DNA of 32,000 bases from Cereibacter sphaeroides 2.4.1 (GTDB lineage: Bacteria; Pseudomonadota; Alphaproteobacteria; Rhodobacterales; Rhodobacteraceae). The notes below the pieces were generated by a model. The model was given only the letters and a program-made list of their open reading frames with translations, was not told the origin of the DNA and made no database searches. This document shows, piece after piece, positions 1 to 8,498 of this stretch; position 1 is the first letter of the stretch; every line of letters begins with the position of its first letter. Location of the stretch: assembly GCF_000012905.2 (NCBI RefSeq), contig NC_007494.2:90001-122000 (forward strand), read 5' to 3'. Both the position numbers and the translations under genes were made by a program.

Positions 1-1
1 C

Positions 2-577
2 AACAACACCAAGCGCACCGAGGCCGATGCCGCCAACCCGCGCGTGAAGAACGCCTTCGGCCATATCATCGAGATCCTCGAGGCCGACGGAGATTTCACG
101 GCCACGACCGGCCGGTGGGAGATCCTGCTCCAGTGCGGCGACCCGGCGGTGGCCGAGGTGGGCGCGACCTTCTCGACCGAGACCACGAAGAACGGCTGGT
201 TCGGCATGCCGGACAATGCCGCGGTGGATGCCGACGGCCGCCTCTGGGTCTCGACCGACGGCAACTCGATGGCCGATACCGGCCGGACCGACGGCCTCTG
301 GGCGGTGGACACCGAGGGCGATGCGCGCGGGACCTCGCGCCTCTTCTACCGGGTGCCGGTCGGGGCCGAACTCTGCGGCCCCTGCCCGACCGAGGACATG
401 AGCACCTTCTTCGTTGCGGTCCAGCATCCGGGCGACGGCGGCGAGGACTGGGAGGGCCACGGCCGCCTGTCCTACTACGAGGATCTCTCCACCCGCTGGC
501 CGGATTTCAAGGACGACATGCCGGTGCGCCCGGCCGTCGTGGCGATCACCCGGCAGGGCGGCGGCCGCATCGGCTGA
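2..577 (+). CDS. phoX: PhoX-family (DUF839) phosphatase, C-terminal part; the 5' end lies outside the window
   Basis: The frame is open from the window edge (NNTKRTEADAANPRVKNAFGH...) with stop TGA at 575-577. Propeller-like motifs DADGRLWVSTDG, GLWAVD and FFVAVQHPG are typical of PhoX/DUF839 proteins. Codon third positions are GC-rich like the other real genes. Confidence 0.75.
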   Translation, partial: NNTKRTEADAANPRVKNAFGHIIEILEADGDFTATTGRWEILLQCGDPAVAEVGATFSTETTKNGWFGMPDNAAVDADGRLWVSTDGNSMADTGRTDGLWAVDTEGDARGTSRLFYRVPVGAELCGPCPTEDMSTFFVAVQHPGDGGEDWEGHGRLSYYEDLSTRWPDFKDDMPVRPAVVAITRQGGGRIG

Positions 578-604
578 CGCCGGAGGCCCGGCTGACCAGA
601 GACG

Positions 605-632
605 GAGGCGGGCCCGAAGGCCCGCCTCTTCC
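605..632 (+). terminator. Stem-loop GAGGCGGGCC-cgaa-GGCCCGCCTC followed by TTCC, 28 nt after the phoX stop
   Basis: A perfect 10-bp GC stem with a 4-nt loop is read directly from the sequence. The T-tract is weak, as is common in high-GC alphaproteobacteria. Confidence 0.5.
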
Positions 633-672
633 GGTCCGGCAGAAGCAACGTCCCGGGAGGGTCCTCGCGATC

Positions 673-693
673 TGCGCCTCCCCCGGAGGCGCA
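673..693. repeat. Palindromic element TGCGCCTCC-ccc-GGAGGCGCA, same core as the hairpins at 2849-2906
   Basis: The 9-bp inverted repeat is seen directly. Its core GGAGGCGC/GCGCCTCC recurs in the 2849-2870 and 2881-2906 hairpins. Confidence 0.45.
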
Positions 694-872
694 GCGCAGC
701 CGCCGGAGAGAAAATCCAGATCGGCGATGTCTGCCCAACCGAAGCAGCGCACCCCCATTTGCTCGTCTCGCGCTGACAGGCGGTCGTCGCCGCTGCGAGC
801 GGCTACTGGCTCAAACCGGAGGCGCGTGGCCCCGTGCCGCGCCGATACCTCGATGACGGCATTCCTTCGCGG

Positions 873-1751
873 TCAAGCCTCCCCCTCGATGAACGGCTTT
901 CGCGTGCGCAGGTCGGCCGCGACGAAGTCCAGAAACACCCGCACCCGGGCGGAGTGGCGCAATTCCCGATGCGTGAGAAGCCAGAGATCGGCCGCCAACT
1001 CCGGAAGCGGGGCCGACAGCCGCACGAGATCCTCGCGCTTATCGCCGATGAAGCAGGGCAGGTGGCCCTGGCCGATCCCGGCTGCGATGGCTTCCGCAAG
1101 GCCGCTCAGGCTGTTCAGCCGGTAGACCACCCGCTCGGCCGGCACGCGTGCACGCTCGGCCTTCACCACCGGCAGCGCGGCGAAGCTCTCGTTCAGCGAG
1201 ACCCAGGGGACGGGGGCCTCGGCCCCCCGCGGGCCGTAGAGCGCCCAGCCGATGCGGGCGGCCCGGCGACCGACCAGAGCCTCGGGCGGCGTGTCGGTGG
1301 CGCGGATCGCCACGTCCGCGTCGCGCTTGGAGAGGTTCAGCGCCGCATCGGCGATCACCACATCGAGCCGCACCTCGGGACACTTGCGCTGGAAGGCCGC
1401 GAAGATCGGCGTCAGGAGATGCACGAGCAGGGCCTCGCTGGTCGTGACCCGCAACTCGCCCGCGGGCTGGATCTCCTGCCCGGCGAGGCGGCGGGTGAAG
1501 GCCGCGATATCGCCATCGACCCGCTCTGCCAGCGCCACCATTTCCTCGCCCGCGGGGGTGGCCGCGTAGCCGGTGCGGTGGCGCTCGAAGAGGAGGGTGC
1601 CGAGGCGCTCCTCGATCTGGCCCAGACGCCGGAAGGCGGTGGAATGGGCGATGCCGAGGGCCGCGGCCGCCCCCGTCAGGCCGCCCGCCGCGGCCACGGC
1701 CTTCACCAGCCGGAAATCGTCCCACGCCAGCGTTCGGAAGGGATCGGCCAT
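873..1751 (-). CDS. LysR-family transcriptional regulator
   Basis: The protein is 292 aa from ATG 1751; the extension to 1805 has no support. It has an N-terminal HTH (FRLVKAVAAAGGLTGAAAALGIAHSTAFRRLGQIEERLG) followed by a LysR substrate-binding domain. It is divergent from the dioxygenase gene at 1912. Confidence 0.9.
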   Translation of the reverse strand: MADPFRTLAWDDFRLVKAVAAAGGLTGAAAALGIAHSTAFRRLGQIEERLGTLLFERHRTGYAATPAGEEMVALAERVDGDIAAFTRRLAGQEIQPAGELRVTTSEALLVHLLTPIFAAFQRKCPEVRLDVVIADAALNLSKRDADVAIRATDTPPEALVGRRAARIGWALYGPRGAEAPVPWVSLNESFAALPVVKAERARVPAERVVYRLNSLSGLAEAIAAGIGQGHLPCFIGDKREDLVRLSAPLPELAADLWLLTHRELRHSARVRVFLDFVAADLRTRKPFIEGEA

Positions 1752-1800
1752 GGAGAATGCCCTCGCGGTCTGTGCTCCGGCGCAAGAAGCGCGCCATCGG

Positions 1801-1826
1801 TGCAAGGTTAGTCTTGCATGGATGCA
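1801..1826. promoter_or_regulatory. Candidate LysR operator: overlapping palindromes TGCAAG-N6-CTTGCA and TGCAT-gg-ATGCA
   Basis: The inverted repeats are read directly in the relatively AT-rich part of the LysR/dioxygenase divergent intergenic region. LysR regulators typically bind T-N11-A-type dyads in such regions. Binding is inferred. Confidence 0.4.
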
Positions 1827-1911
1827 ATGGGAAGCGGGGTGACGCGGCGGCCGGCCTTCCCCATCTTCCTGTCAACGCGAAGGGGCCGCCCCGGCCCCGA
1901 GGAGGATCGAA

Positions 1912-2841
1912 ATGACCCAAGGCCTGCACCATGTCACCGCCATCTCCGGCCCGGCCCGCCGCAATCTCGACTTCTATACCCGCACGCTCGGGCTGCGCCT
2001 CGTCAAGAAGACGGTGAACTTCGACGACCCCGGCAGCTACCACCTCTATTACGGCAATGACGCAGCCGGACCCGGCAGCCTGCTCACCTTCTTCCCGTGG
2101 GAACACGCGGCTCCCGGCCGGGCCGGCATCGGCGAAACGCAGGAGACGCGCTTCCGCGTGCCCGAGGCCGCCATCGGCTTCTGGACCCACCGGCTGATCG
2201 CCGAGGCCGTGCCGCACGAGGCGCCCGTCCGGCTCTTCGGCGAGACCGTGCTGGCCTTCCGCGACCCGGACGGCATGCGGCTCGCGCTCGTGGGCGTGCC
2301 GGGGATCGAGGGCGAGCCTGCCGCGGGCACCGATGCGATTCCGGCCGAGGCCGCCATCCGCGGCCTGCACGGCGTGAGCCTCCTCCTGCGCGAGGCGGGC
2401 GCCACCGGCGCGATCCTGACCGACGTCCTCGGCTTCGCCGAGGCCGGGCGCGAGGGCACCGTCCTGCGCTATCGCTCGGGCAGCGGGATCGGCGGTCTCG
2501 TGGACATCCGCGAGGCGGGCGAGTTCCTTCCGGGCCGCATGGGAGCGGGGTCGGTCCATCACATCGCCTTCCGCGCCGCCGACGATGCGGAGCAGGCGGC
2601 GATGCGGACGCGGCTGGCCGAGACCCACGGGCTGCGGACGACCGAGCAGCAGGACCGGAACTACTTCCGCTCGCTCTATTTCCGCGAGCCGGGTGGCGTG
2701 CTGTTCGAGATCGCGACCGACGGCCCCGGCTTCACGGTCGACGAGCCGCTGGCCGATCTCGGCCGTGGGCTGAAGCTGCCGGCGCAGTACGAGCCCTACC
2801 GGCAGGAGATCGAGGCCCGGCTGCCGGCCCTGACCGACTGA
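1912..2841 (+). CDS. VOC/glyoxalase-family ring-cleaving dioxygenase (MhqO/YkcA-like, two-domain)
   Basis: 309 aa with SD GGAGGA at 1901-1906. The N-terminus GLHHVTAISGPARRNLDFYTRTLGLRLVKKTVNFDDPGSYHLYYG, and later VHHIAFRA and RSLYFREPGGVLFEIATD, are typical of hydroquinone-type VOC dioxygenases. Confidence 0.85.
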   Translation: MTQGLHHVTAISGPARRNLDFYTRTLGLRLVKKTVNFDDPGSYHLYYGNDAAGPGSLLTFFPWEHAAPGRAGIGETQETRFRVPEAAIGFWTHRLIAEAVPHEAPVRLFGETVLAFRDPDGMRLALVGVPGIEGEPAAGTDAIPAEAAIRGLHGVSLLLREAGATGAILTDVLGFAEAGREGTVLRYRSGSGIGGLVDIREAGEFLPGRMGAGSVHHIAFRAADDAEQAAMRTRLAETHGLRTTEQQDRNYFRSLYFREPGGVLFEIATDGPGFTVDEPLADLGRGLKLPAQYEPYRQEIEARLPALTD

Positions 2842-2848
2842 AGCGACC

Positions 2849-2870
2849 CGGAGGCGCTACCGCGCCTCCG
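2849..2870. repeat. Palindromic element CGGAGGCGC-tacc-GCGCCTCCG (REP-like hairpin; possible terminator of the dioxygenase gene)
   Basis: A perfect 9-bp stem lies 8 nt after the stop at 2841 and shares its core with 673-693 and 2881-2906. Confidence 0.5.
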
Positions 2871-2880
2871 ACTGACGCGA

Positions 2881-2906
2881 TCCGGAGGCGCTGCGGCGCC
2901 TTCGGA
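2881..2906. repeat. Second copy of the palindromic element, TCCGGAGGCGC-tgcg-GCGCCTTCGGA
   Basis: An 11-bp stem with one G-T wobble sits in tandem with the 2849-2870 hairpin. Confidence 0.5.
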
Positions 2907-3177
2907 GGACTCGCCGCGGTCGCGCGCGGGACTGCCGCAGCCTCGCGCGTCGCCCGCTGATGTATCCCGCTTCGGCCCGCGCGATCGGGCGACCTCGCCG
3001 CACCGCTTCTGTGCGGGGCGCGCCCCCTCCGGCCCGGGCACCCGCAGCGGACCACCGCTGCGCCCGCTCCATTCCCGACCCGCCCCGCGCGGTCAGGACG
3101 CGTCGGCCTGCTGTCCGCGGACCCGCGGCGGCGCAGCCGGGCCCCGACGCTGCCCGCCGCAGACTCAAGGAGATGCC

Positions 3178-3795
3178 ATGTCCACCGACACCCTGTCCCA
3201 CCGCCACCTCTTCGTGCCCGCGACCGATCCCGGCCGCCCGCCGCTCCTGCTCTTGCACGGCACCGGCGGCGACGAATCCGACCTCGTGCCGCTGGGACGG
3301 GCGGTCGCGCCCGGGGCGGCGCTCCTGTCGCCGCGCGGCGCGGTGCTCGAGCAGGGGCGGCCGCGCTTCTTCCGCCGGCTCGCCGAGGGCGTCTTCGACG
3401 AGGCCGATGTGGAGCGCCGCGCCCACGATCTCGCCGACTTCATAGACGAAGCGCAGGCCCGCTACGGCCTCGCAGCGCCGGTGGCGCTCGGTTTCTCGAA
3501 CGGCGCCAACATTGCGGCGGCGCTCCTCTGGCTCCGGCCCGAGGTGCTGGCGGGCGCCGTCCTGCTCCGGCCGATGGTGCCGCTGGCGAGGCCCCCGTCG
3601 GGCCGCCTCGAGGGGCGGCCGGTGCTGATCCTCTCCGGCAGCGCCGATCCGATCGTGCCGGCCGAGAACGCCGCCCGACTGGCAGAGCGGCTGACGGAGG
3701 CGGGCGCGGCGCTCACCCACCGCACCCTGCCTGCGGGCCACGGGCCGACCCAGCGCGATCTCGATCTGACGACGGAATGGCTTGCGGCGCACTAA
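3178..3795 (+). CDS. Alpha/beta-hydrolase phospholipase/carboxylesterase (MhqD-like)
   Basis: 205 aa with SD AAGGAG at 3166-3171. It carries LLLLHGTGGDESDL, the nucleophile-elbow region GFSNGA and a C-terminal GH motif, typical of the Abhydrolase_2 carboxylesterase family. Confidence 0.85.
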   Translation: MSTDTLSHRHLFVPATDPGRPPLLLLHGTGGDESDLVPLGRAVAPGAALLSPRGAVLEQGRPRFFRRLAEGVFDEADVERRAHDLADFIDEAQARYGLAAPVALGFSNGANIAAALLWLRPEVLAGAVLLRPMVPLARPPSGRLEGRPVLILSGSADPIVPAENAARLAERLTEAGAALTHRTLPAGHGPTQRDLDLTTEWLAAH

Positions 3796-3807
3796 CCGCC
3801 TCTCGCG

Positions 3808-3830
3808 CCGCGGCCCGCACCGGGCCGCGG
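3808..3830. terminator. Hairpin CCGCGGCCC-gcacc-GGGCCGCGG between convergent genes (candidate bidirectional terminator)
   Basis: A perfect 9-bp stem is read directly. It lies between the esterase stop (3795) and the lipoprotein stop (3910). Confidence 0.45.
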
Positions 3831-3909
3831 TCGGCAAGGGCCGAAGCCTCCATGCCTCTCTCCGCCGCGTCATGTCGCGAAGGAGGCGTCGGCACCGAAG
3901 AACCCGCCC

Positions 3910-4194
3910 TCAGCGCTCCGAGAGGTAGTCGGCGGAGACGTAGCCCACGATCCGCGGCGCACTGACCGGCGACACCCGGCACCAGAGCTGGCCCATCTCC
4001 GTCACGCAGCCCTGACGCCGGAGCGCCGTGCCGTCCGGCAGGCCGAGGAGGACACGGTAGCCGAGCCCCGGCCCGGCGCGGAGCTTCAGGAGTTCGTCGC
4101 CCGCACGCTCGACGACCACCTGTCCGCCCGGGCTTCCCGCGCAGCCGGCAAGGGCCAGCATCGCGGCCAAGACGGGAAAGAGCAGTCGATGCAT
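3910..4194 (-). CDS. Small lipoprotein with a bacterial SH3 domain
   Basis: 94 aa with a signal peptide and lipobox (MHRLLFPVLAAMLALAGC). The SH3_3-like pattern is LKLRAGPGLGYRVLLGLPDGTAL...LWCRV...GYVSADYL. Confidence 0.7.
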   Translation of the reverse strand: MHRLLFPVLAAMLALAGCAGSPGGQVVVERAGDELLKLRAGPGLGYRVLLGLPDGTALRRQGCVTEMGQLWCRVSPVSAPRIVGYVSADYLSER

Positions 4195-4474
4195 GGGTCA
4201 CCTCGGGTCTTCGGGGGCTGCAGGACGATCCGGCCCCCGATGTGACCGAGATTTCCGCCCGTGGCAACCGGCCTCCGCAGGCACGGTGCCGCCGCCTGCC
4301 GGTCCTCCCCCCATCGCGCCCAAGCACCCGCTGCCGGTGCCGCACAGCGCCGGAGACGACGCCCGGGCTGCGAGCGGGGGAGCGCTTTGGAGAGAGCAGC
4401 CGAAGAAGGGCACCTTGCCGTTCCTGCGCCGGGCGAGGAAGATCGTGCACCCTCCCGACCGATAGGTTCCTGTC

Positions 4475-4945
4475 TTGTCCCTGACTTCCCGTCCGATCCC
4501 GTTCCAGAACGATCCCGACCCGTCCATGGGCCTGAACCGGGCCTGGTTCAATCTGCTGCGCGTCCAGCGCAGCCTGATGCCGAAGGTCGCGCGCCGGCTG
4601 AAGGCGGAGGGGGTCGAGGATGTCGTCTGGTACGAGATCCTTCTGGAACTGGAGCGGGCAGAGCCCTCCGGCCTCGCCATGGCCGAGATCGAGCGGCGGC
4701 TTCTCGTGGCGCAATATGCCCTGTCGCGCCATGTCGCGCGCATCGAGGCGCGCGGCTGGATCGCCCGGCGGCGCGCGCCGGGGCAGGGCCGGGGGCAGAT
4801 CCTCTCGCTGACCCCGGCGGGCCGGGGACTGCACGACCGGATCTGGCAGATCTACCGCGAAGCCATCCACGAAGAGCTCGGCGCCCGCCTCAGCCATGAA
4901 GAGGGCTATGCGCTGGCGGCGCTGCTGATCCGGCTCTATCCCTGA
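4475..4945 (+). CDS. MarR-family transcriptional regulator
   Basis: The winged-HTH region is LAMAEIERRLLVAQYALSRHVARIEARGWIARRRAPGQGRGQILSLTPAGRGL. The ORF opens with TTG at 4475. An in-frame ATG at 4526 (MGLNRAW) is an equally plausible start, so the 5' end is uncertain. Confidence 0.85.
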   Translation: MSLTSRPIPFQNDPDPSMGLNRAWFNLLRVQRSLMPKVARRLKAEGVEDVVWYEILLELERAEPSGLAMAEIERRLLVAQYALSRHVARIEARGWIARRRAPGQGRGQILSLTPAGRGLHDRIWQIYREAIHEELGARLSHEEGYALAALLIRLYP

Positions 4946-4963
4946 CGGCCGCGACCGCCGCCC

Positions 4964-6898
4964 TCAGAAGCGCGTGACCGCGCTGAGCGTGATCGTCCGG
5001 CCCGGCTCCTTCAGCGAGGTGACGTCGCTGTATTCCGCGCCGTAGGTCGCGCGGTCCGCATAGGTCTTGTCGAATAGGTTGTCGACCTGCAGCCGGAGCG
5101 TGAGGTTCTGCGCCTCAGGCGGCACATATTCGGCAAAGAGGTTCACCACCGAATAGCCCGCGAGATCCCGTTCGGCCGTAGCGGGCATGTCGTGGTCGAG
5201 CGCGAGATCGAGCCCGCCGCCGAGCCGCAGCCCCGCAACTGCCGTGTCCTGCTGAAGCTCGACCGCGGCCACCGTGCCCAGAGGGGCGCCGAAGTCGAGC
5301 GCCTCGTAGCCCGCGGCCTTTGCGCCGTCCACCTTCACCTCGCTGTGGGAGAGGGTGACGCGCGCAAAGCCACCGTCCCAGCCGTAGGTCGCGCCGAGGT
5401 TGAAGCCGCGGCTCTCGAAGTCGAACATTTCGGTGGCACTGCGCGCGCGGTTGATCTCGGTCAGGAAGAGCTCGCCTCCGACCTTGAAGGCGCCCACGTC
5501 CCAGTCGAAGCCGAGGCTCGCGTTCCGCGCCCGCGACGGCCGGAGGCTGTCGTAGCTCCAGCTCGGCCGGAAGATGTAATTGTCCTCGATGTCGATGCCG
5601 CCGAAGATCGAGGACAGGCCGCCGCGCAACGTGAGGCGCTCGGTCAGGGCGTAGCTTGCGGAGAGGTTGCCCGAGGGCCCCGAGTGGCCGAGGTCGCTGC
5701 CATCGACGCCCTCGAACTCCTGCCGGTCGAGGCGGCCGCCGAACGAAAGGCGCCAGCGATCGGTGGGCTCGAGCCGGGCCTGCACGAAGAGGCCGAGGTT
5801 GTGCGATGTCTCATCGAGGAACTCGCCGAAGGTCGGGCTCGAATATTCCCCGAACCGGCGCTGCCAGTCGAGGCCGGCCGAGATCCGGTCGGTGGCGTTC
5901 AGGTGAAAATCGTTCTGCAGCGTGGCCGACCATGTGCCCGACAGGCCGTTGCTGTCGTAGGGCAGGGGAATGACGACGTCGCTCTCCGAATAGCCGAGCC
6001 GGAGGCTCGGATCCCACATCCCCTCGCCTTGCGTGTTCTCGTAGGAGAGCGACCAGCTTTCCCGCGTCGTGTCGTAGACGCGCAGCTGATCGACCACCCC
6101 GCCCAGACCGCCGAAATTCGCGCGGAACTGGCGCAGCTCGTCGTCCCTCAGGCGCAGCGCCGACAGCTCGAACCGGTGGCCGCCGTCGCTCTCATAGGCG
6201 AGCTTTCCCAGCGCGCTCTTGAGATTGGCCGCCGTCCCGAGCCGCGTGGCCCCGTCTCCATCCTCGTAATCGTCGCCCGTGGCGCGCTTGGCGTAAGCCA
6301 GCCACTCGAAGCCGCCCTCGCGCCCGGCGAGGGTCAGGGCGCCCTGCGCCGTCTTGCCGTTGTCGCCGTAGCTCAGCCGCAGGGTGCCGCCGAAGCGCTG
6401 CACCTCGCCGAGGATGTCGGCGGCATCGACCGTCTCGAACACGACCGAGCCCGCGAGCGCATGGGGCCCGGCATCGGCCGGCGAGATCGTGGCATCCACG
6501 CGCACCTGCTTGAGCAGCCCCGGATCGATCGCATTGGCCGAGACATGGTGGAAGGCGCGGTTGTTCTGCGCGGCCCCGTCGATGCTGACGCCGAGATTCA
6601 GCATGTCGACGCCGTTCACGAAGATCTTCTGCGTGAGAGGCAGCGCCCCTCCGACCGAGACAGAGGCGATGCCCGCGAAGACGTCCTTGAGGTCTCCGGT
6701 GCGCGCGCGCTCCAGCTCGGCATCGGCGACATACATCGAGGTGGCGCGGTCGGCGGCTTCGGCGAAATCGTCGCGCGCCTGCACCACGATGGGATCGAGC
6801 GAGAAGGCCAGATCCTGCGCATGGGCGGCGACGCAGGACCCGCTCAGGGCGGCGCTCCCGGCCAGAAGCCGGATCGTTCGGGGCGACAGGATGGACAT
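4964..6898 (-). CDS. TonB-dependent outer-membrane receptor (substrate unknown)
   Basis: 644 aa with a signal peptide ending AHAQ, a TonB-box-like LDPIVVQA, plug plus beta-barrel composition, and a C-terminal aromatic terminus ...TLSAVTRF. Confidence 0.9.
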   Translation of the reverse strand: MSILSPRTIRLLAGSAALSGSCVAAHAQDLAFSLDPIVVQARDDFAEAADRATSMYVADAELERARTGDLKDVFAGIASVSVGGALPLTQKIFVNGVDMLNLGVSIDGAAQNNRAFHHVSANAIDPGLLKQVRVDATISPADAGPHALAGSVVFETVDAADILGEVQRFGGTLRLSYGDNGKTAQGALTLAGREGGFEWLAYAKRATGDDYEDGDGATRLGTAANLKSALGKLAYESDGGHRFELSALRLRDDELRQFRANFGGLGGVVDQLRVYDTTRESWSLSYENTQGEGMWDPSLRLGYSESDVVIPLPYDSNGLSGTWSATLQNDFHLNATDRISAGLDWQRRFGEYSSPTFGEFLDETSHNLGLFVQARLEPTDRWRLSFGGRLDRQEFEGVDGSDLGHSGPSGNLSASYALTERLTLRGGLSSIFGGIDIEDNYIFRPSWSYDSLRPSRARNASLGFDWDVGAFKVGGELFLTEINRARSATEMFDFESRGFNLGATYGWDGGFARVTLSHSEVKVDGAKAAGYEALDFGAPLGTVAAVELQQDTAVAGLRLGGGLDLALDHDMPATAERDLAGYSVVNLFAEYVPPEAQNLTLRLQVDNLFDKTYADRATYGAEYSDVTSLKEPGRTITLSAVTRF

Positions 6899-7406
6899 GG
6901 GTCTCCAGGGTCAGCTGATGCGAAACGGATGCGCGCTGGGGAAACCTGGCTTCATGGCACCTTAGCGGGACGCTCCGTTAGATGCAATCGCATGTTAAGA
7001 GGGGCGGCCTGGCGGTTCCGAAAGGAGTCGGCAGGAGTGTGAGCAAGGGCACAGCGATGCTTACCGACCCAGCAGACAGAGGTTCCGCCGTGCGGCGTCC
7101 CCTTCGGCGCGAAGACGAGGGCGCTGTGCCCTCGCGCGGCCCGCAGCGGAGGGGGGATCGCGGCCGACCTCCTCAACGTCGTCCGGCTTTGGTCGACCGA
7201 AGGAGAGGCGCGCGGGCTGCCCCGGCAGCCGACGCCCAGAAGACCAGCTCCGATCTGACCTGCCGAGTGAACGGCCGGCTCCAGCCCGGTGCCCTTTCCG
7301 CACCGGGCGAATGCTCCGGTTGCGGCGTCCCAACCGGCACTTGCTTTGCCGCCTGCGCACCGGACGGCGCCGGGTCATGCGCCCGGCGCGGGACATTCGG
7401 CGTCAA

Positions 7407-8498
7407 TCAGCGGTGGGCGGGCGGCCCCTCCTCCAGCGGTCGGACCATCGCCGCGAGGAGGGTCGAGAGCGTCAGAATCCCCTTCGGCCGCTGCCGCGGG
7501 CCCACCACCAGCGCCCGGTCGGCGCCCGCCTCGGTCATGCGGCGCGCGGCCTCCTCCAGCACGAGCCGCCCCGGCAGCTCGAGTGCGGGGCGCTCGTCCC
7601 CCAGCGGCTCCGCCACCGCGTCGATGCGGATCACGCGGGCGCGGTTCACCTCGCGCGCGAAGGCCGCGATATAGTCGTTCGCGGGCCGCATCACGATGTC
7701 CTGTCCCGTGCCCACCTGCTCGAGCCGCCCGTCGCGCAGGATGGCGATCCGGTCGCCGAGGCGCAGCGCCTCGTCGAGATCGTGGGTGATGAAGACGATG
7801 GTCTTGTGCAGCTCCTCCTGCAGTTCAAGGAGAACCGCCTGCATGTCGAGCCGGATCAGCGGATCGAGCGCCGAGAAGGCCTCGTCCATCAGCAGGATGT
7901 CGGCGTCCGTGGCCAGCGCCCGCGCGAGCCCCACGCGCTGCTGCATCCCGCCCGAGAGCTGCGAGGGATAGCTCTCCTCATAGCCCTTCAGTCCCACACG
8001 GTCGATCCAGCGCCGGGCCACCGGCTCGGCCTCGGACCGCGACATGCCGCGGATATCGAGCCCGTAGCAGGTATTCTCGAGCACGGTCCGGTGCGGCAGC
8101 AGCCCGAACTTCTGGAACACCATCGCCGTGCGCGTGCGGCGGAAGGCGCGCAGCTCGGTCGGGGTCATCTTGCAGACGTCGGCCCCGTCGAACAGGATCT
8201 CGCCCGCGGTGGGGGCAATGAGCCCGTTGATATGCCGGATCAACGTGGATTTGCCCGAGCCCGACAGACCCATGATGACAGTGATCTTGCCGGGCGGGAT
8301 CTCGAGCGAGATGTCGGTCAGGCCCAGCACATGGCCGTGGCGGCGGTTCAGCTCGCCCTTGGTGAGCCCGCGCCGGACGGCCTCGACATGAGAGGCGCCG
8401 TCGGGCCCGAAGATCTTGTAGAGGTTGCGGATCTCGAGGCCCGGGAGGGTGGGGGCCTCGTCCTCGTCCTCGATCTGCACGAGGGTCTGGTCAGTCAT
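7407..8498 (-). CDS. proV: Glycine betaine/proline ABC transporter ATP-binding protein with a C-terminal CBS-like region
   Basis: 363 aa with Walker A GLSGSGKST, signature LSGGMQQRVGLARAL and Walker B ILLMDEAFSALD. It overlaps the proW 3' end by 8 nt. Confidence 0.95.
   Translation of the reverse strand: MTDQTLVQIEDEDEAPTLPGLEIRNLYKIFGPDGASHVEAVRRGLTKGELNRRHGHVLGLTDISLEIPPGKITVIMGLSGSGKSTLIRHINGLIAPTAGEILFDGADVCKMTPTELRAFRRTRTAMVFQKFGLLPHRTVLENTCYGLDIRGMSRSEAEPVARRWIDRVGLKGYEESYPSQLSGGMQQRVGLARALATDADILLMDEAFSALDPLIRLDMQAVLLELQEELHKTIVFITHDLDEALRLGDRIAILRDGRLEQVGTGQDIVMRPANDYIAAFAREVNRARVIRIDAVAEPLGDERPALELPGRLVLEEAARRMTEAGADRALVVGPRQRPKGILTLSTLLAAMVRPLEEGPPAHR

Noticed and set aside
6899-7406. 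A confident cobalamin or TPP riboswitch call for the TonB-receptor leader.
   Set aside because: Only fragmentary similarity to the cobalamin core is present. There is no GCCACUG, no GGGAAG element, no clean B12 box AGYCMGGAGACCKGCC, and no TPP CUGAGA or ACCUGAUCUGGAUAAUGCCAGCG elements. It is left as an open question requiring a covariance-model search.
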